Shown: positions 8,964 to 18,943 of the stretch, piece by piece | How the letters are laid out: each line of letters begins with the position of its first letter | Position numbering within the stretch: position 1 is the first letter of the stretch | NCBI GenBank assembly: GCA_958352145.1 | Contig: CATWNM010000009.1 | Span: 3-64,002 of the forward strand | From: an uncultured Eubacteriales bacterium | Lineage (GTDB): Bacteria; Bacillota; Clostridia; Oscillospirales; CAG-272 | Direction: 5' to 3' | Length of the DNA stretch: 64,000 bases | Notes under the pieces: generated by a model | Seen by the model: the letters and a program-made list of their open reading frames with translations, nothing else | Told to the model about the DNA's origin: nothing | Databases searched by the model: none | Made by a program: the position numbers and the translations under genes

Positions 8964-9399
8964 ATGTACAAATAAGCTGTCCGTAACGCTGCCCGCGCTC
9001 TCGATCAATGAAAGCGCGGCGCGTGCGATCGTCAGCGCCTTTTGCGCACAGTTGAATCCGACCATCGAAGAATTGGCGGATATCAAATGTTCGGTTTCCG
9101 AAGCAGTCACCAACTGCATTGTGCATGCATATCGCGAAAAGCCCGGTGAAATTTACATAACGGTCAAAATTTTTGATACGCGTAAAATTCAAATTGAAAT
9201 AAAGGACAAGGGCTGCGGCATCGAGGACACCGAACTGGTGAAAACTCCGCTCTACACCACAGATCAAACCGGCGAAAGAAGCGGCATGGGCTTTGCGGTC
9301 ATGGAAAGCTTCATGGACAAACTGACCCTGCGCTCGACAGTCGGAAAATACACCAAAGTCACGCTTTGGAAAAAGCTGTCGCCCCTTGAAATTGATTGA
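8953..9399 (+). CDS. spoIIAB: Anti-sigma F factor / serine kinase
   Basis: Start ATG 8953 follows a GGAGG RBS and overlaps the spoIIAA stop. It has GHKL motifs (EAVTNCIVHAY, DKGCGI, GMGF). Confidence 0.9.
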   Translation: MRSKCTNKLSVTLPALSINESAARAIVSAFCAQLNPTIEELADIKCSVSEAVTNCIVHAYREKPGEIYITVKIFDTRKIQIEIKDKGCGIEDTELVKTPLYTTDQTGERSGMGFAVMESFMDKLTLRSTVGKYTKVTLWKKLSPLEID

Positions 9400-10137
9400 A
9401 TGGAAATCGAAACCAACGCAAAATATTCCGAAAATGCCGCGCTGATTCAGAAATCTCAGGCAGGGGATGAGCGCGCTACTGAAGAACTGATCCGGCTGAA
9501 CATGGGCCTTGTCCAGAGCATCGCGCATAAATTCGGCGGCCGTGGAACCGATTTTGAAGACCTGATCCAAATCGGCACCATCGGTATGCTGAAAGCGATC
9601 AAAAGCTTTGATCTTTCGCGCGGGTGCGTGTTTTCCACCTATGCGGTGCCGCTAATTTTTGGAGAGATCCGGCGTTTTTTGCGTGACGACGGGCTAATCA
9701 AAGTATGCCGCCCCCAGAAAAAACTCGGCGCGCTGCTCATGCACGCAAAAGAACAGTACACCGCCGAAAACGGGACCCCGCCGCGGATCGACGATATCGC
9801 AAAGGCTTGCGGCGTTTCCCCTGAAGAAGCAGCCGCAGCGCTCTGCGCGGTATCCCCCGCCGTTTCCCTGTCCGAGCCAGTTTTCGGAGAAGAAGAAAAC
9901 TTTACGCTTGAGAGCACGCTGTTTTCACAGGACGAGCAGGAAAAAATGCTGGAAAAGCTCTCCTTAACCGAAGCGCTGTCCAAATTACCCGAACTCTGGC
10001 GCAAAATTGTCATTCTGCGCTACTACCGCGACCTCTCTCAGCAATCTACCGCGGAAATCCTCGGATTGTCTCAGGTAAAAGTGTCGCGCGAAGAAAAAAA
10101 ACTGATGGAATTTCTCCGACGCGAACTGTCTTCCTGA
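9400..10137 (+). CDS. sigF: Sporulation sigma factor SigF
   Basis: 245 aa with sigma-70 region 2 (DLIQIGTIGMLKAIKSFD, FSTYAVPLIFGEIRRFLRD) and a region 4 HTH. It follows spoIIAA-AB. Confidence 0.9.
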   Translation: MEIETNAKYSENAALIQKSQAGDERATEELIRLNMGLVQSIAHKFGGRGTDFEDLIQIGTIGMLKAIKSFDLSRGCVFSTYAVPLIFGEIRRFLRDDGLIKVCRPQKKLGALLMHAKEQYTAENGTPPRIDDIAKACGVSPEEAAAALCAVSPAVSLSEPVFGEEENFTLESTLFSQDEQEKMLEKLSLTEALSKLPELWRKIVILRYYRDLSQQSTAEILGLSQVKVSREEKKLMEFLRRELSS

Positions 10138-10262
10138 CACGGTTATCTTTGTGGGGCGCATCAAGGCGGCGCTCCGCCGCAGGACGCTCCCTTTAAAATA
10201 AAAACGATTGATGATCCTGTTTTTTCGCAAAAAGCATATCCGTTGCTTTTTTGACAAGTTAC

Positions 10263-10289
10263 GGGCGGCGCACAGCCGCCCTTTTTTTT
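10263..10289 (+). terminator. spoIIA operon terminator
   Basis: GGGCGGC-gcaca-GCCGCCC followed by T8. Confidence 0.8.
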
Positions 10290-10368
10290 GCTGAAAAACG
10301 TCCAATCGAACCGACCTGTACGAAAATGATATGGAAACAGCGTTATACTGTGCAAAGGAGGAGTTACC

Positions 10369-10719
10369 ATGGCAAAATACACCTGCGTACTGACAGGAAA
10401 TTTAAACGCGCTCTTATGCAAAATCGAATATGAAATCTTAAACGGCAGCGTTTCGGCGAGTTACGAGGACGGCTGCGACTGGACGGTCGGCGATGTGCAA
10501 ATCGCCATGCGCGTGTATGAACGGTACAGTTTTGCCGGCGGGAACCGCGTCAGCCTGAGCCTCACCTTGGCCGCCGGGCAGGACGGTGTGATCCGCCTTT
10601 GCGCCGTCACGGCGGGCGGCAGTCAGGCAGTATTTTGGAAAGTCAATACCTTTGGCGAGGAAGCGTTTCTCGACTGTCTACGGGAAGCAGTCGAAGCTTA
10701 CAAAAGCGGAGAAAAATAG
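10369..10719 (+). CDS. Hypothetical small protein (116 aa)
   Basis: RBS AAAGGAGGAG lies 7 nt before the ATG, and the gene sits between two strong terminators. I recognise no motif. Confidence 0.6.
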   Translation: MAKYTCVLTGNLNALLCKIEYEILNGSVSASYEDGCDWTVGDVQIAMRVYERYSFAGGNRVSLSLTLAAGQDGVIRLCAVTAGGSQAVFWKVNTFGEEAFLDCLREAVEAYKSGEK

Positions 10720-10721
10720 TC

Positions 10722-10758
10722 AAAACAGTGGGACTCCGGCAAGGAGTCCCACTGTTTT
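10722..10758. terminator. Bidirectional terminator
   Basis: Perfect 16-bp stem AAAACAGTGGGACTCC-ggcaa-GGAGTCCCACTGTTTT between convergent genes. Confidence 0.8.
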
Positions 10759-10791
10759 ATCCGCACAGGCACCCGCCCAGCAGGCGCGCTT

Positions 10792-11661
10792 TTACCCCAG
10801 CAGTTTTTCGATTTGATCCGCCGCAGCGGACAAATAATCGTTTTCCGCGAGTTCGATCGCGCCTTTATCGCAAAGAGAGGCCAATCTATGATCGAGCGGC
10901 AGCCTGCCGAGGACGTCATAGCCGAATTCCGCGGCGGTCTCATCAATATGACTTTTTCCGAATACATTCAGCTTTTTGCCGCAGTCGGGGCAAAGCACAT
11001 AACTCATATTTTCGACCAGCCCCAGCACCTTTACCTTCATCAGCGCCGCCATATTGGCGGCTTTTTTGACGATCATGGAGACGAGTTCCTGCGGTGAACT
11101 TACAATCACGATGCCGTCCAGCGGAATACTCTGAAATACAGTCAGCGGCACGTCGCCCGTGCCGGGCGGCATATCCACAAACATATAATCCACATCGTTC
11201 CAGACGACGTCCGTCCAAAACTGTTTGACCGTCCCCGCAATCACCGGACCGCGCCATACAACGGGCGCGGTTTCGTCCTCAAGCAGCAGATTGACGGACA
11301 TGACCTCGATGCCTGTTTTCGTCTGTACGGGATAAATGCCGTCTTCGCTCCCCTCCGCACGCTGATGCAGTCCAAAAGCTTTCGGAATGGAGGGACCGGT
11401 CACATCCGCGTCCAAAATAGCCGTCCGATACCCGCGGCGCTGCATTTCTACCGCCAGCAAAGAGGTCACCAGCGACTTGCCGACGCCGCCTTTTCCGCTG
11501 ACCACACCGATCACATGGCGTATGTCGCTGAGCTTATTCTGCGGTTCAAGCAGAGATTCCGGTGCGCCGCCGCTCCTTGAAGCACAATCTGCGCCGCAGC
11601 TTGAGCAGTCGTGCGTACAGCCGCTCTGATTTTCTTCTGTTTCCGCCATCACTTTATACAC
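10792..11661 (-). CDS. Mrp/NBP35-family P-loop ATPase (Fe-S cluster carrier type)
   Basis: Deviant Walker A SGKGGVGKS, an N-terminal Cys-rich stretch CTHDCSSCGADC, and a C-terminal CPDCG motif. Confidence 0.8.
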   Translation of the reverse strand: MYKVMAETEENQSGCTHDCSSCGADCASRSGGAPESLLEPQNKLSDIRHVIGVVSGKGGVGKSLVTSLLAVEMQRRGYRTAILDADVTGPSIPKAFGLHQRAEGSEDGIYPVQTKTGIEVMSVNLLLEDETAPVVWRGPVIAGTVKQFWTDVVWNDVDYMFVDMPPGTGDVPLTVFQSIPLDGIVIVSSPQELVSMIVKKAANMAALMKVKVLGLVENMSYVLCPDCGKKLNVFGKSHIDETAAEFGYDVLGRLPLDHRLASLCDKGAIELAENDYLSAAADQIEKLLG

Positions 11662-11672
11662 TCCCTATCTAT

Positions 11673-13964
11673 TTAAATACATTCGATGCTAAGCTGCCCA
11701 CCGGCCGCATCCAGCTTGGCTATGCGGACGCGCGCATTGTAGCCTGCGATAATTTTTTCTGCAAGCGCATCCTCGACATGCGTCTGAATAAACCGGCGCA
11801 TATTTCGCGCGCCGAATTTGACCGAATAAGACTGTTCGGCAATCAACTTGGTTGCGGCCTCGGTATAGGTCAGCGTGATCTCTTTCGCTGCAAGCGCGTC
11901 GCGCAGCTGTCCGAGCATCAGACCGGCGATTTTTGCGAAATCCTCGCGCGTCAGCGAATTGAACGTGATGATCTCGTCCACCCGGTTGATAAACTCGGGG
12001 CGCAAAAAGCCAAGCAGCGCTTTTTCGGTTTTATCCTTGGCGGCAAGGCCGGCCCGTTCCGCAAACCCGGAAACCGCGGCCGCGGCATCCGAGCCCGCGT
12101 TCGTGGTCATGACGATCAGCGTATTCTCAAAGTTGACTTCCTTGCCGTGCGCGTCGGTAATCCGCCCGTCGTCCAGCACCTGAAGCAGAATATTCAGCAC
12201 ATCGGGATGCGCTTTTTCGATCTCGTCGAACAGAATCACGCTGTACGGCCGGCGGCGGATTTTTTCGGTCAACTGCCCCGCCTCGTCATAGCCGACATAG
12301 CCAGGCGGCGCGCCGATAATTTTGGAAACACTGTGCTTTTCCATAAACTCGGACATGTCGAGGCGAATCAGCGTCTCGGGCGAAGAAAACAGATCCGCCG
12401 CCAGCGTTTTGACAAGCTCGGTCTTCCCAACCCCGGTCGGACCGGCAAAAATAAACGAAACCGGCTTTCTCTTATAGGAAACGCCTGCACGATTCCGTTT
12501 GATGGCTTTCGCCACCGCGTCAACCGCCTCGTCCTGCCCGATGATCTTTTCTTTCAGACGGCCGGCAAGCCGGTCGATCCGATAAAATTCATTTTCGGTG
12601 ATCTCCGTCGCGGGAACGCCCGTCCATATCTCAATCACGCGCGCCAAATCCTCGGCGGTCAGTTCAACCGCAAGACACGCGGGCTCCAGTTCCCGCAGCC
12701 GCTCGGACACCCGAAGTTCGCGCGTACGGACATCGGCGAGCCGGCGGTATTTTTCCTCCAAATCATCCTGCTCGCGTTCAGGCGCGCCCTCAAGCGCGGC
12801 TTGCTCTTTGCCAAGCTGCTCAAGCTCGTCGGAAAGCTCCAGCCGCTCATTGAGTTCACGGCTGGACAGTGCGCGGTAAGAGGCCGCCTCGTCTAAAAGA
12901 TCGATCGCCTTGTCCGGCAAATACCGATCCGTGATATACCGCTCGGAAAGCGTCACCGCAAGCGAAAGCACGCCGTCCGGGATCCGGATTCCATGATATT
13001 CTTCATAATAATGCTTGATGCCTTCCAGCATCCTGACGCTCTCCTCGACCGAAGGCTCGTTCACCGTGACCGGCTGAAAACGCCGTTCCAGCGCGCTGTC
13101 CTTTTCGATGTACTTCCGGTACTCGGAAAGCGTCGTCGCGCCGATCACCTGAATCTCGCCGCGGGACAGCGCAGGCTTTAATATATTGGCGGCGTTCATA
13201 CTGCCCTCCGCATCGCCCGCGCCGACAATATTATGCACTTCGTCAATGACAAGTATGACATTTCCAGCCTCTTTAACCTCTTTGAGCAAGCCTAGAATCC
13301 GCGACTCGAACTGCCCGCGGAACTGCGTCCCCGCCACAAGCGCGGTCAGGTCTACCAGATACACCTCGGCCTCTTTCAGCCGGTAGGGAACCTCGCCAAC
13401 AGCGATCTTCTGCGCCAGCGCCTCGGCAATGGCGGTTTTGCCCACGCCGGGCTCTCCGATCAAGCAGGGATTGTTCTTTTGCCTGCGGCAAAGGATCTGG
13501 ATCACGCGCGCAAGTTCGCGCTCGCGTCCGACGATCCGGTCCAGCTTGCCCTCGCGCGCTTTAGCCGTGATATTCTGACAGTAAGTATCCAAAAATTTTC
13601 TTTTCGGCGGCTTTTGCGTTTCCCCCTGCTTGGCGCCACGCCGCGGGCCGGTTCCCGGCGCGCCGCCAAGATTGCCGCGCAGCAACTTATTAAAATCAAT
13701 CGCGGGCGCGCCGCCGCTGTCGGCGGCGGGGGAATCTGCGCCCTCCTCCGGAATCATCTCCTGCATAAACCCGTCAACATCGTCGGTCATCTGATCGAAC
13801 TCCTCGTTGCTGATACCCATTTTTTTCAAAATATCGTCGATTGGCTTGATACCGAGTTCTTTTGCACATTTCAGGCAAATCCCCTCGTTTTTGGATTCGC
13901 CGTTTTCCAACCTCGTTATAAATACCACAGCCATTCGCTTGTGGCAGCGTGCACACATCTCCAT
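11673..13964 (-). CDS. Clp/Hsp100-family double AAA+ ATPase (ClpC/ClpA-like) with an N-terminal zinc-ribbon-like motif
   Basis: 763 aa with two Walker A sites ([16 protein letters not shown]) and a short middle coiled coil. The N-terminus is CxxC..CxxC (CARCHK...CLKCAK) rather than obvious Clp_N repeats. Confidence 0.85.
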   Translation of the reverse strand: MEMCARCHKRMAVVFITRLENGESKNEGICLKCAKELGIKPIDDILKKMGISNEEFDQMTDDVDGFMQEMIPEEGADSPAADSGGAPAIDFNKLLRGNLGGAPGTGPRRGAKQGETQKPPKRKFLDTYCQNITAKAREGKLDRIVGRERELARVIQILCRRQKNNPCLIGEPGVGKTAIAEALAQKIAVGEVPYRLKEAEVYLVDLTALVAGTQFRGQFESRILGLLKEVKEAGNVILVIDEVHNIVGAGDAEGSMNAANILKPALSRGEIQVIGATTLSEYRKYIEKDSALERRFQPVTVNEPSVEESVRMLEGIKHYYEEYHGIRIPDGVLSLAVTLSERYITDRYLPDKAIDLLDEAASYRALSSRELNERLELSDELEQLGKEQAALEGAPEREQDDLEEKYRRLADVRTRELRVSERLRELEPACLAVELTAEDLARVIEIWTGVPATEITENEFYRIDRLAGRLKEKIIGQDEAVDAVAKAIKRNRAGVSYKRKPVSFIFAGPTGVGKTELVKTLAADLFSSPETLIRLDMSEFMEKHSVSKIIGAPPGYVGYDEAGQLTEKIRRRPYSVILFDEIEKAHPDVLNILLQVLDDGRITDAHGKEVNFENTLIVMTTNAGSDAAAAVSGFAERAGLAAKDKTEKALLGFLRPEFINRVDEIITFNSLTREDFAKIAGLMLGQLRDALAAKEITLTYTEAATKLIAEQSYSVKFGARNMRRFIQTHVEDALAEKIIAGYNARVRIAKLDAAGGQLSIECI

Positions 13965-13973
13965 TCAGGAACC

Positions 13974-14528
13974 TCACTTTGTTTTATTCGCCCGGATGTA
14001 CTTTCTGAAATACTGCACCAGCGCGCCGGTCGCAAAAGCGATCATCACTACGCAGATTACAACCGTCCATATCCGGGCGTCCGTCGGCGCGGCGAACGCG
14101 TCGAGCAGCAGAAGCGCCGCGATCGAGGCATAAAATACGCAGACCGCGAGCTTACCGCAGAAACTGCTTTTTACCACAATATTCTTTTGCCGAAAGACGA
14201 ACATGGAACCGACTAAGATCAACAGTTCCTTCGCCACATAAATCGCCAAAAGCCATACGGGAATAATATGTTTAATGTAAAAACACACCAGCACAGTGCA
14301 CTGCATCAGCTTATCCGCAAGCGGATCGAGCACTTTTCCAAGATTGCTGACCCAGTTATTTTTTCTTGCCAAATAGCCGTCGACCACATCGGTCGCCCCC
14401 GCTATAAAGAATACAAGCACCGCATACCAGATATGCTTCGGATAGTCCCAAAAAAACAAACAGACAAACACGGGAATCAAACACATCCGGATAACGGATA
14501 AAATATTGGGAATATATTTTTTCTGCAT
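13974..14528 (-). CDS. pgsA: CDP-diacylglycerol--glycerol-3-phosphate 3-phosphatidyltransferase
   Basis: 184 aa with the CDP-alcohol phosphatidyltransferase motif DVVDGYLAR...G..LDPLADK. Confidence 0.85.
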   Translation of the reverse strand: MQKKYIPNILSVIRMCLIPVFVCLFFWDYPKHIWYAVLVFFIAGATDVVDGYLARKNNWVSNLGKVLDPLADKLMQCTVLVCFYIKHIIPVWLLAIYVAKELLILVGSMFVFRQKNIVVKSSFCGKLAVCVFYASIAALLLLDAFAAPTDARIWTVVICVVMIAFATGALVQYFRKYIRANKTK

Positions 14529-14563
14529 TCTATACCTCCAAAGTCCTGCATGCGCCGGAAGTT

Positions 14564-15271
14564 TCAGTACTTATAAGGCGAAAAGCCGTACAAAAATTTT
14601 GCGATGCAGGTACGGTCGATCACATCCCGGTAGGCAAACGTCTCGTCGATCGTCCCATAAGTCTTGCAGAGCGCCGCGATTACATAGGAGATGATGACCC
14701 CGATCAGCAGCGCCTCCGCCGCACCAAACAGCAGGCCAAGCAATTTATTCGTCCCATGCAGAACCGGGAGCTTAGCAAAGCTGTCCAATATAAGGCAAAG
14801 AAGATTCAAAACGATCAGCGCCGCAAAAAAGATGGCCGCAAACGCCAGAATATTGGAAACCGTTCGGGCAATGTTTTCAGCCATTCGGCCGGAAAGATCC
14901 AAAACATCCCCCTCCGTCGCATGCTCGGCGCCCAAAAACTCGGCGAACAGCGCATCAATATTCACCCCGAAAACGTCTGTTATGTTTCGGATATTCTCGG
15001 GAAGCTCCGAAAAGAATGCATGCAGATCAAACGTACCGTCCGAATTTTCCGCCGCACGCGCAATCAGACCGCTAAGATAACCGCTGATCTTATCATACAC
15101 AAAATGATCGTAAAAAACAAGCCCCAGATCTTTATAAAAAATCGCCGCGGCCGCAACAGACACAACCGTAGAAAGCAGCCGAAACACCGATACGATAAAA
15201 CCGCGCCTCACCGCGTTGAAAATCACAGCCGCCATCAGCGCGACAAGAATCAAATCGATTGCAAAATACAT
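14564..15271 (-). CDS. cvpA: CvpA-family membrane protein
   Basis: 235 aa. The N-terminus MYFAIDLILVALMAAVIFNAVRRGF resembles colicin V production proteins, and the protein has 4 or more TM segments. Confidence 0.65.
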   Translation of the reverse strand: MYFAIDLILVALMAAVIFNAVRRGFIVSVFRLLSTVVSVAAAAIFYKDLGLVFYDHFVYDKISGYLSGLIARAAENSDGTFDLHAFFSELPENIRNITDVFGVNIDALFAEFLGAEHATEGDVLDLSGRMAENIARTVSNILAFAAIFFAALIVLNLLCLILDSFAKLPVLHGTNKLLGLLFGAAEALLIGVIISYVIAALCKTYGTIDETFAYRDVIDRTCIAKFLYGFSPYKY

Positions 15272-15278
15272 AACAACC

Positions 15279-16448
15279 TCACTTTACAGTAAAAGACTTT
15301 GCATAATCGTCAAAACACACGATCACCGAATCTTCGCCGCCTGAAATCAGCGCCCGGCCGCCTGTGGGAATTTCTTCCGTCCGGCCGCCCGTTTTATCGA
15401 AAGCCATTAGTTTTCCATCATACAAAAGAAAGACGCGCCCCGACTCCGCCAGCAAAACATCCTGCGCCCCGCGCGCCGCCGGGAAAGCAAAGCTGGTCCC
15501 ATCCGTAAAAAACGCATACAGACCGCACGCCGCCCCCGAAACGTTTTCCTGCGTATACACGCAAATCCCCGCCGCAAAAGCGCTTGCACGCAGGATATCC
15601 GAAGTACCAAACGACGTGGAAAAGCTTTTTTCGCCCGCGGAAGAATAAAAAATCAAAGAATGATCCAGCAATAGATAAAATCCCTCTGTAAAACCGCCGC
15701 AAAGCAGCGGAAATCCATCGGAAGAAACGGAAAAATCCAGCGTCTCGCTGCCTGGACTGTACACAGAAAGTGCCGCGGTAAAGCCGCCGTCCGCCTCCGC
15801 GCATTCGCAGATCAAAAAGCGCCCGTCCGGTCCGTATGCGATATCGGTCACATAGCCCGACCGCGTAAGTTCGCCGGTCAGCTTAAAATTGCGGTCGTAC
15901 AAGCGGACAAGGAATCCGCCGGTCCGGTTTTTCAGAAGAACTGCAAAACTGCCGTCTCGGGCAACGGCGCCGTCGTAAATCGGATAGTCCAGCGTTTCCT
16001 CATAAACCCGGCTGAGCGAATTATAGAGGTAAAACACCATGCCGCCTGTGTCATACACAATCATATATTTGGACGACGCCTCAGCGACCGGCGCCGAAAG
16101 GCGCACGCTGTCCTCAAATGACCGCGCGCCGAGCGCGCGGCGCAGCGACACGCCGTTTTTAGAACAAACAGCGACGTCGCCGCGAAAATTCAGATAAAAA
16201 TTGCTGCTTTCCGCATTATAATAGACCGTATCCGATCGTGCACCCGCATTTCCCGCCGCATCCATATCCCGGAGAAGATACCGCAGATTGTCATACGTGA
16301 TATTGGAACGATACGCAAAAAGGACAAGGACGGCGAAAGCGACCATGAGAAGAAGCAAAAGATACCTTGTCGTACGCAGCTTTACGCTGATTCGAAGATA
16401 ATACGCATTTTCCTGCGCTCCAGCGGCACTTTCTTTTTCTTTTTTCAT
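15279..16448 (-). CDS. Hypothetical membrane-anchored protein (single N-terminal TM, large extracytoplasmic domain)
   Basis: 389-aa ORF with TM segment YLLLLLMVAFAVLVLFAY. It sits inside the housekeeping operon. It may be a DUF5711-like family, but I cannot verify that. Confidence 0.6.
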   Translation of the reverse strand: MKKEKESAAGAQENAYYLRISVKLRTTRYLLLLLMVAFAVLVLFAYRSNITYDNLRYLLRDMDAAGNAGARSDTVYYNAESSNFYLNFRGDVAVCSKNGVSLRRALGARSFEDSVRLSAPVAEASSKYMIVYDTGGMVFYLYNSLSRVYEETLDYPIYDGAVARDGSFAVLLKNRTGGFLVRLYDRNFKLTGELTRSGYVTDIAYGPDGRFLICECAEADGGFTAALSVYSPGSETLDFSVSSDGFPLLCGGFTEGFYLLLDHSLIFYSSAGEKSFSTSFGTSDILRASAFAAGICVYTQENVSGAACGLYAFFTDGTSFAFPAARGAQDVLLAESGRVFLLYDGKLMAFDKTGGRTEEIPTGGRALISGGEDSVIVCFDDYAKSFTVK

Positions 16449-16492
16449 GCGTCTCCTCCTTTCAGCTTAGCATTCCCTAACAGTATAGACGG

Positions 16493-17245
16493 TTATCCGT
16501 AAAAAACTGCGTTCAGATACAATCCTTCAGGCGGCGCGGTGACGCCGGCCGCCGTGCGGTCGCGCGCCTTTAAAATTTCATCCATTCCCTGCACGTCTAG
16601 CTTGCCAAACCCGGCCATCGTCAGCGTGCCGGCAATGATGCGCACCATATTATACAAAAATCCGTCAGCCGAAACGCAAATTTCAAGCAGATCGCCCGAG
16701 CACCGGACCGCGCAGCGGTTCACCGTGCGGACCGTATCCGTAATTTTGGAGCCCGAAGCCATAAAGGAAGCAAAATCATGACGGCCGATGAGCACGCCCG
16801 CGCAGCGATCCATCCGCTCCGCCGCATCCGCCGCCCAGCCGCCGGGCAGATGCCAAACGCGCCCGTAAAGGAACGGATCCGCGATGGCAGCAGTATAAAC
16901 GCGATAGAGATATTCTTTGCCGACAGCGTCATATCTCGGATGAAAATCTTCGCAAACCTGCGCCGCGCTCTTGACCGCCACGTCATGCGGAAGCCGGACC
17001 GACAGCGCGGCCGGTATCTTTTCAGCCGGAATGGCATTTGCCCCCGGCGGAACTTCCAGCGCTGCGGCAAAATCGAGCGCATGAACCCCGCTGTCCGTAC
17101 GGCTGCAGCCCGTGATCCGGCAGGGGGTCCCGAACAGCGCCGACGCAGCGTCGGTCAGCGTTTTCTGCACGGTGCGTACACCAGGCTGATACTGCCAGCC
17201 ACAAAAGTTTGTTCCCAGATATTGTATGCGAAGCAAAAATTTCAT
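16493..17245 (-). CDS. truA: tRNA pseudouridine(38-40) synthase
   Basis: MKFLLRIQYLGTNFCGWQYQ is the typical TruA N-terminus, with catalytic RTDSGVHA. I prefer ATG 17245 over the upstream TTG 17269. Confidence 0.9.
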   Translation of the reverse strand: MKFLLRIQYLGTNFCGWQYQPGVRTVQKTLTDAASALFGTPCRITGCSRTDSGVHALDFAAALEVPPGANAIPAEKIPAALSVRLPHDVAVKSAAQVCEDFHPRYDAVGKEYLYRVYTAAIADPFLYGRVWHLPGGWAADAAERMDRCAGVLIGRHDFASFMASGSKITDTVRTVNRCAVRCSGDLLEICVSADGFLYNMVRIIAGTLTMAGFGKLDVQGMDEILKARDRTAAGVTAPPEGLYLNAVFYG

Positions 17246-17265
17246 GCGTTTTGTCCTAAAAGCTT

Positions 17266-18087
17266 TCAAATCATAATATATGGCAGGAAAATATTACAGA
17301 GTGCGATGCCTGCAATATACAGCGCCCCAAAACCAAGGCAGATCGCGTCGGTCCGGCTGTACCGCAGTACCTTCATTCTGGTCCTTCCCTCTCCGCCGCG
17401 GTAGCACCGACATTCCATCGCCACGGCCAGGTCGTCCGCACGCTTGAATGCCGATACGAAAAGCGGCACCAAAATCGGAATCAGCGCACGCGCCTTTTTG
17501 AGCAGGCCTCCGGTCTCAAAATCCGCGCCTCGTGCTTTCTGCGCATCCATAATTTTATCCGTCTCCTCGATCAGCGTCGGAATAAACCGCATAGCGATCG
17601 TCATCATCATCGCAAAATCATGTACCGGGACATGTAGGCGCCGCAGCGGATTCAAAAGCTGCTCGATGCCGTCGGTCAGCGCGATCGGCGTCGTGGTAAA
17701 GGTCAAAATCACACCGATGCCGACGACCAGCAACACAATGCGAACTGCCATAAAGAAAGCAAAAATCAGCCCTTCCCGATATATATGGATAAATTTCCAT
17801 GAAAACAAAAGATGCTCGCCCTGCGTCCAAAAAATATTGATGACCGCGGTAAATAAAATGATCGCCAAGAGCGGCTTTACCGAACGCATCACCGACCTTG
17901 CCGGAACGCCGCTCGCCGCGACAAGCATCAGCGTAAACAGAAAGACAAAAGCAAAGCCCGGCGCGCTTTTGACAAAAAAGAGCGCGACGATATAAACCAG
18001 CGCCAATATAATTTTTGTGCGCGGATCCGCTCTGTGCAAAAGAGAATCCCCGCCGAAATACTGCCCAAACGTAATATCTTTAAGCAT
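17266..18087 (-). CDS. ecfT: ECF transporter transmembrane component
   Basis: Internal ATG 18087 follows a GGAGG RBS and overlaps the ecfA2 stop. MLKDITFGQYFGGDSLLHRADPRTKI is a typical EcfT start. Confidence 0.85.
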   Translation of the reverse strand: MLKDITFGQYFGGDSLLHRADPRTKIILALVYIVALFFVKSAPGFAFVFLFTLMLVAASGVPARSVMRSVKPLLAIILFTAVINIFWTQGEHLLFSWKFIHIYREGLIFAFFMAVRIVLLVVGIGVILTFTTTPIALTDGIEQLLNPLRRLHVPVHDFAMMMTIAMRFIPTLIEETDKIMDAQKARGADFETGGLLKKARALIPILVPLFVSAFKRADDLAVAMECRCYRGGEGRTRMKVLRYSRTDAICLGFGALYIAGIALCNIFLPYIMI

Positions 18088-18943
18088 CCTTCGCACCTCC
18101 GAGAAGCGGAAGAATCGCCCGAACAGCCGCCTCCACCGTATAAATGTCGGCTGGCAGCGGCATACCCGCCTGCCGGAGCCGGCTACAGATGCGGGTAATC
18201 TCCGGGACGCCGAGTCCAAGCGACTGGAGCTTTTCCGCGTTGCCGAACACTTCGCTCTGCGTACCGTACAGACAAATCCGGCCGTCGCTCATCACGGCAA
18301 GGCGCTGGCAGCAGCGCGCCATATCCTCCATACTGTGGCTGACAATCACGACGGTCGCGCCGCTCGATTTCCGATACAACTCGAGCCCGGTGAAAATATC
18401 TTCCCGGCCTTTCGGATCAAGTCCGGCCGCCGGCTCATCTAAAATCAGAATCTCCGGCCGCATCGCCATAACACCGGCTATCGCGGCGCGGCGCTTCTGC
18501 CCGCCGGAAAGCTCAAAAGGCGATTTGTCCAAAAGCGAATCCGCAAGTCCTGAAAACGCCGCCGCCTCGCGGACACGCTCGGCGATTTCAGCTTCGTCAA
18601 GCCCCATATTGCGCGGGCCGTAAGCAATATCCGACCGAACCGTCTCGTCAAACAGTTGATATTCGGGATACTGCATCACCAGCCCTACGCGAAAGCGGAC
18701 GCGTACGATCTCTTTCGGACTTTCCCAAATATCAGCTCCGTCCAGCAAAATCCGCCCGCTGTCCGGGCGAAGCAGACCGTTGAACATACGCAGCAGCGTA
18801 GATTTTCCGCAGCCTGTATGCCCGATTAGACCGGTCATCAAACCCTTTTCGATTTTCAGACTGACATGGGAAAGCGCCTCATTGGCCATCGGTGTTCCCT
18901 TGTCATACGTATAGCATACATCCTCAAGTTCCAAAATCGTCAT
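18080..18943 (-). CDS. ecfA2: ECF transporter ATPase
   Basis: Walker A GHTGCGKST, signature LSGGQKRR, Walker B ILILDEP. Start MTILELEDVCYTY. Confidence 0.85.
   Translation of the reverse strand: MTILELEDVCYTYDKGTPMANEALSHVSLKIEKGLMTGLIGHTGCGKSTLLRMFNGLLRPDSGRILLDGADIWESPKEIVRVRFRVGLVMQYPEYQLFDETVRSDIAYGPRNMGLDEAEIAERVREAAAFSGLADSLLDKSPFELSGGQKRRAAIAGVMAMRPEILILDEPAAGLDPKGREDIFTGLELYRKSSGATVVIVSHSMEDMARCCQRLAVMSDGRICLYGTQSEVFGNAEKLQSLGLGVPEITRICSRLRQAGMPLPADIYTVEAAVRAILPLLGGAKDA

Noticed and set aside
11562-12896. 444-aa plus-strand ORF antisense to the Clp ATPase gene. Similar long antisense ORFs occur at 19793-20707, 22808-23707, 25374-26381, 47284-48216 and 58572-59798.
   Set aside because: All of them lie exactly opposite strongly supported genes. 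Their composition is Arg/Gly/Pro/His-rich and motif-free, which is typical of GC-rich codon-bias shadows, and they lack RBSs.
17246-17269. Upstream TTG start for truA. The same question applies to the long N-terminal extensions in the track for ecfT, ecfA2, ecfA1, ruvA, hisF, hisA, the SBP, glnQ-like, purH, IMP cyclohydrolase and PAP2 genes.
   Set aside because: The extensions are Arg-rich and non-homologous, and they overlap the upstream gene. In each case an internal ATG with a good RBS gives the canonical family N-terminus.
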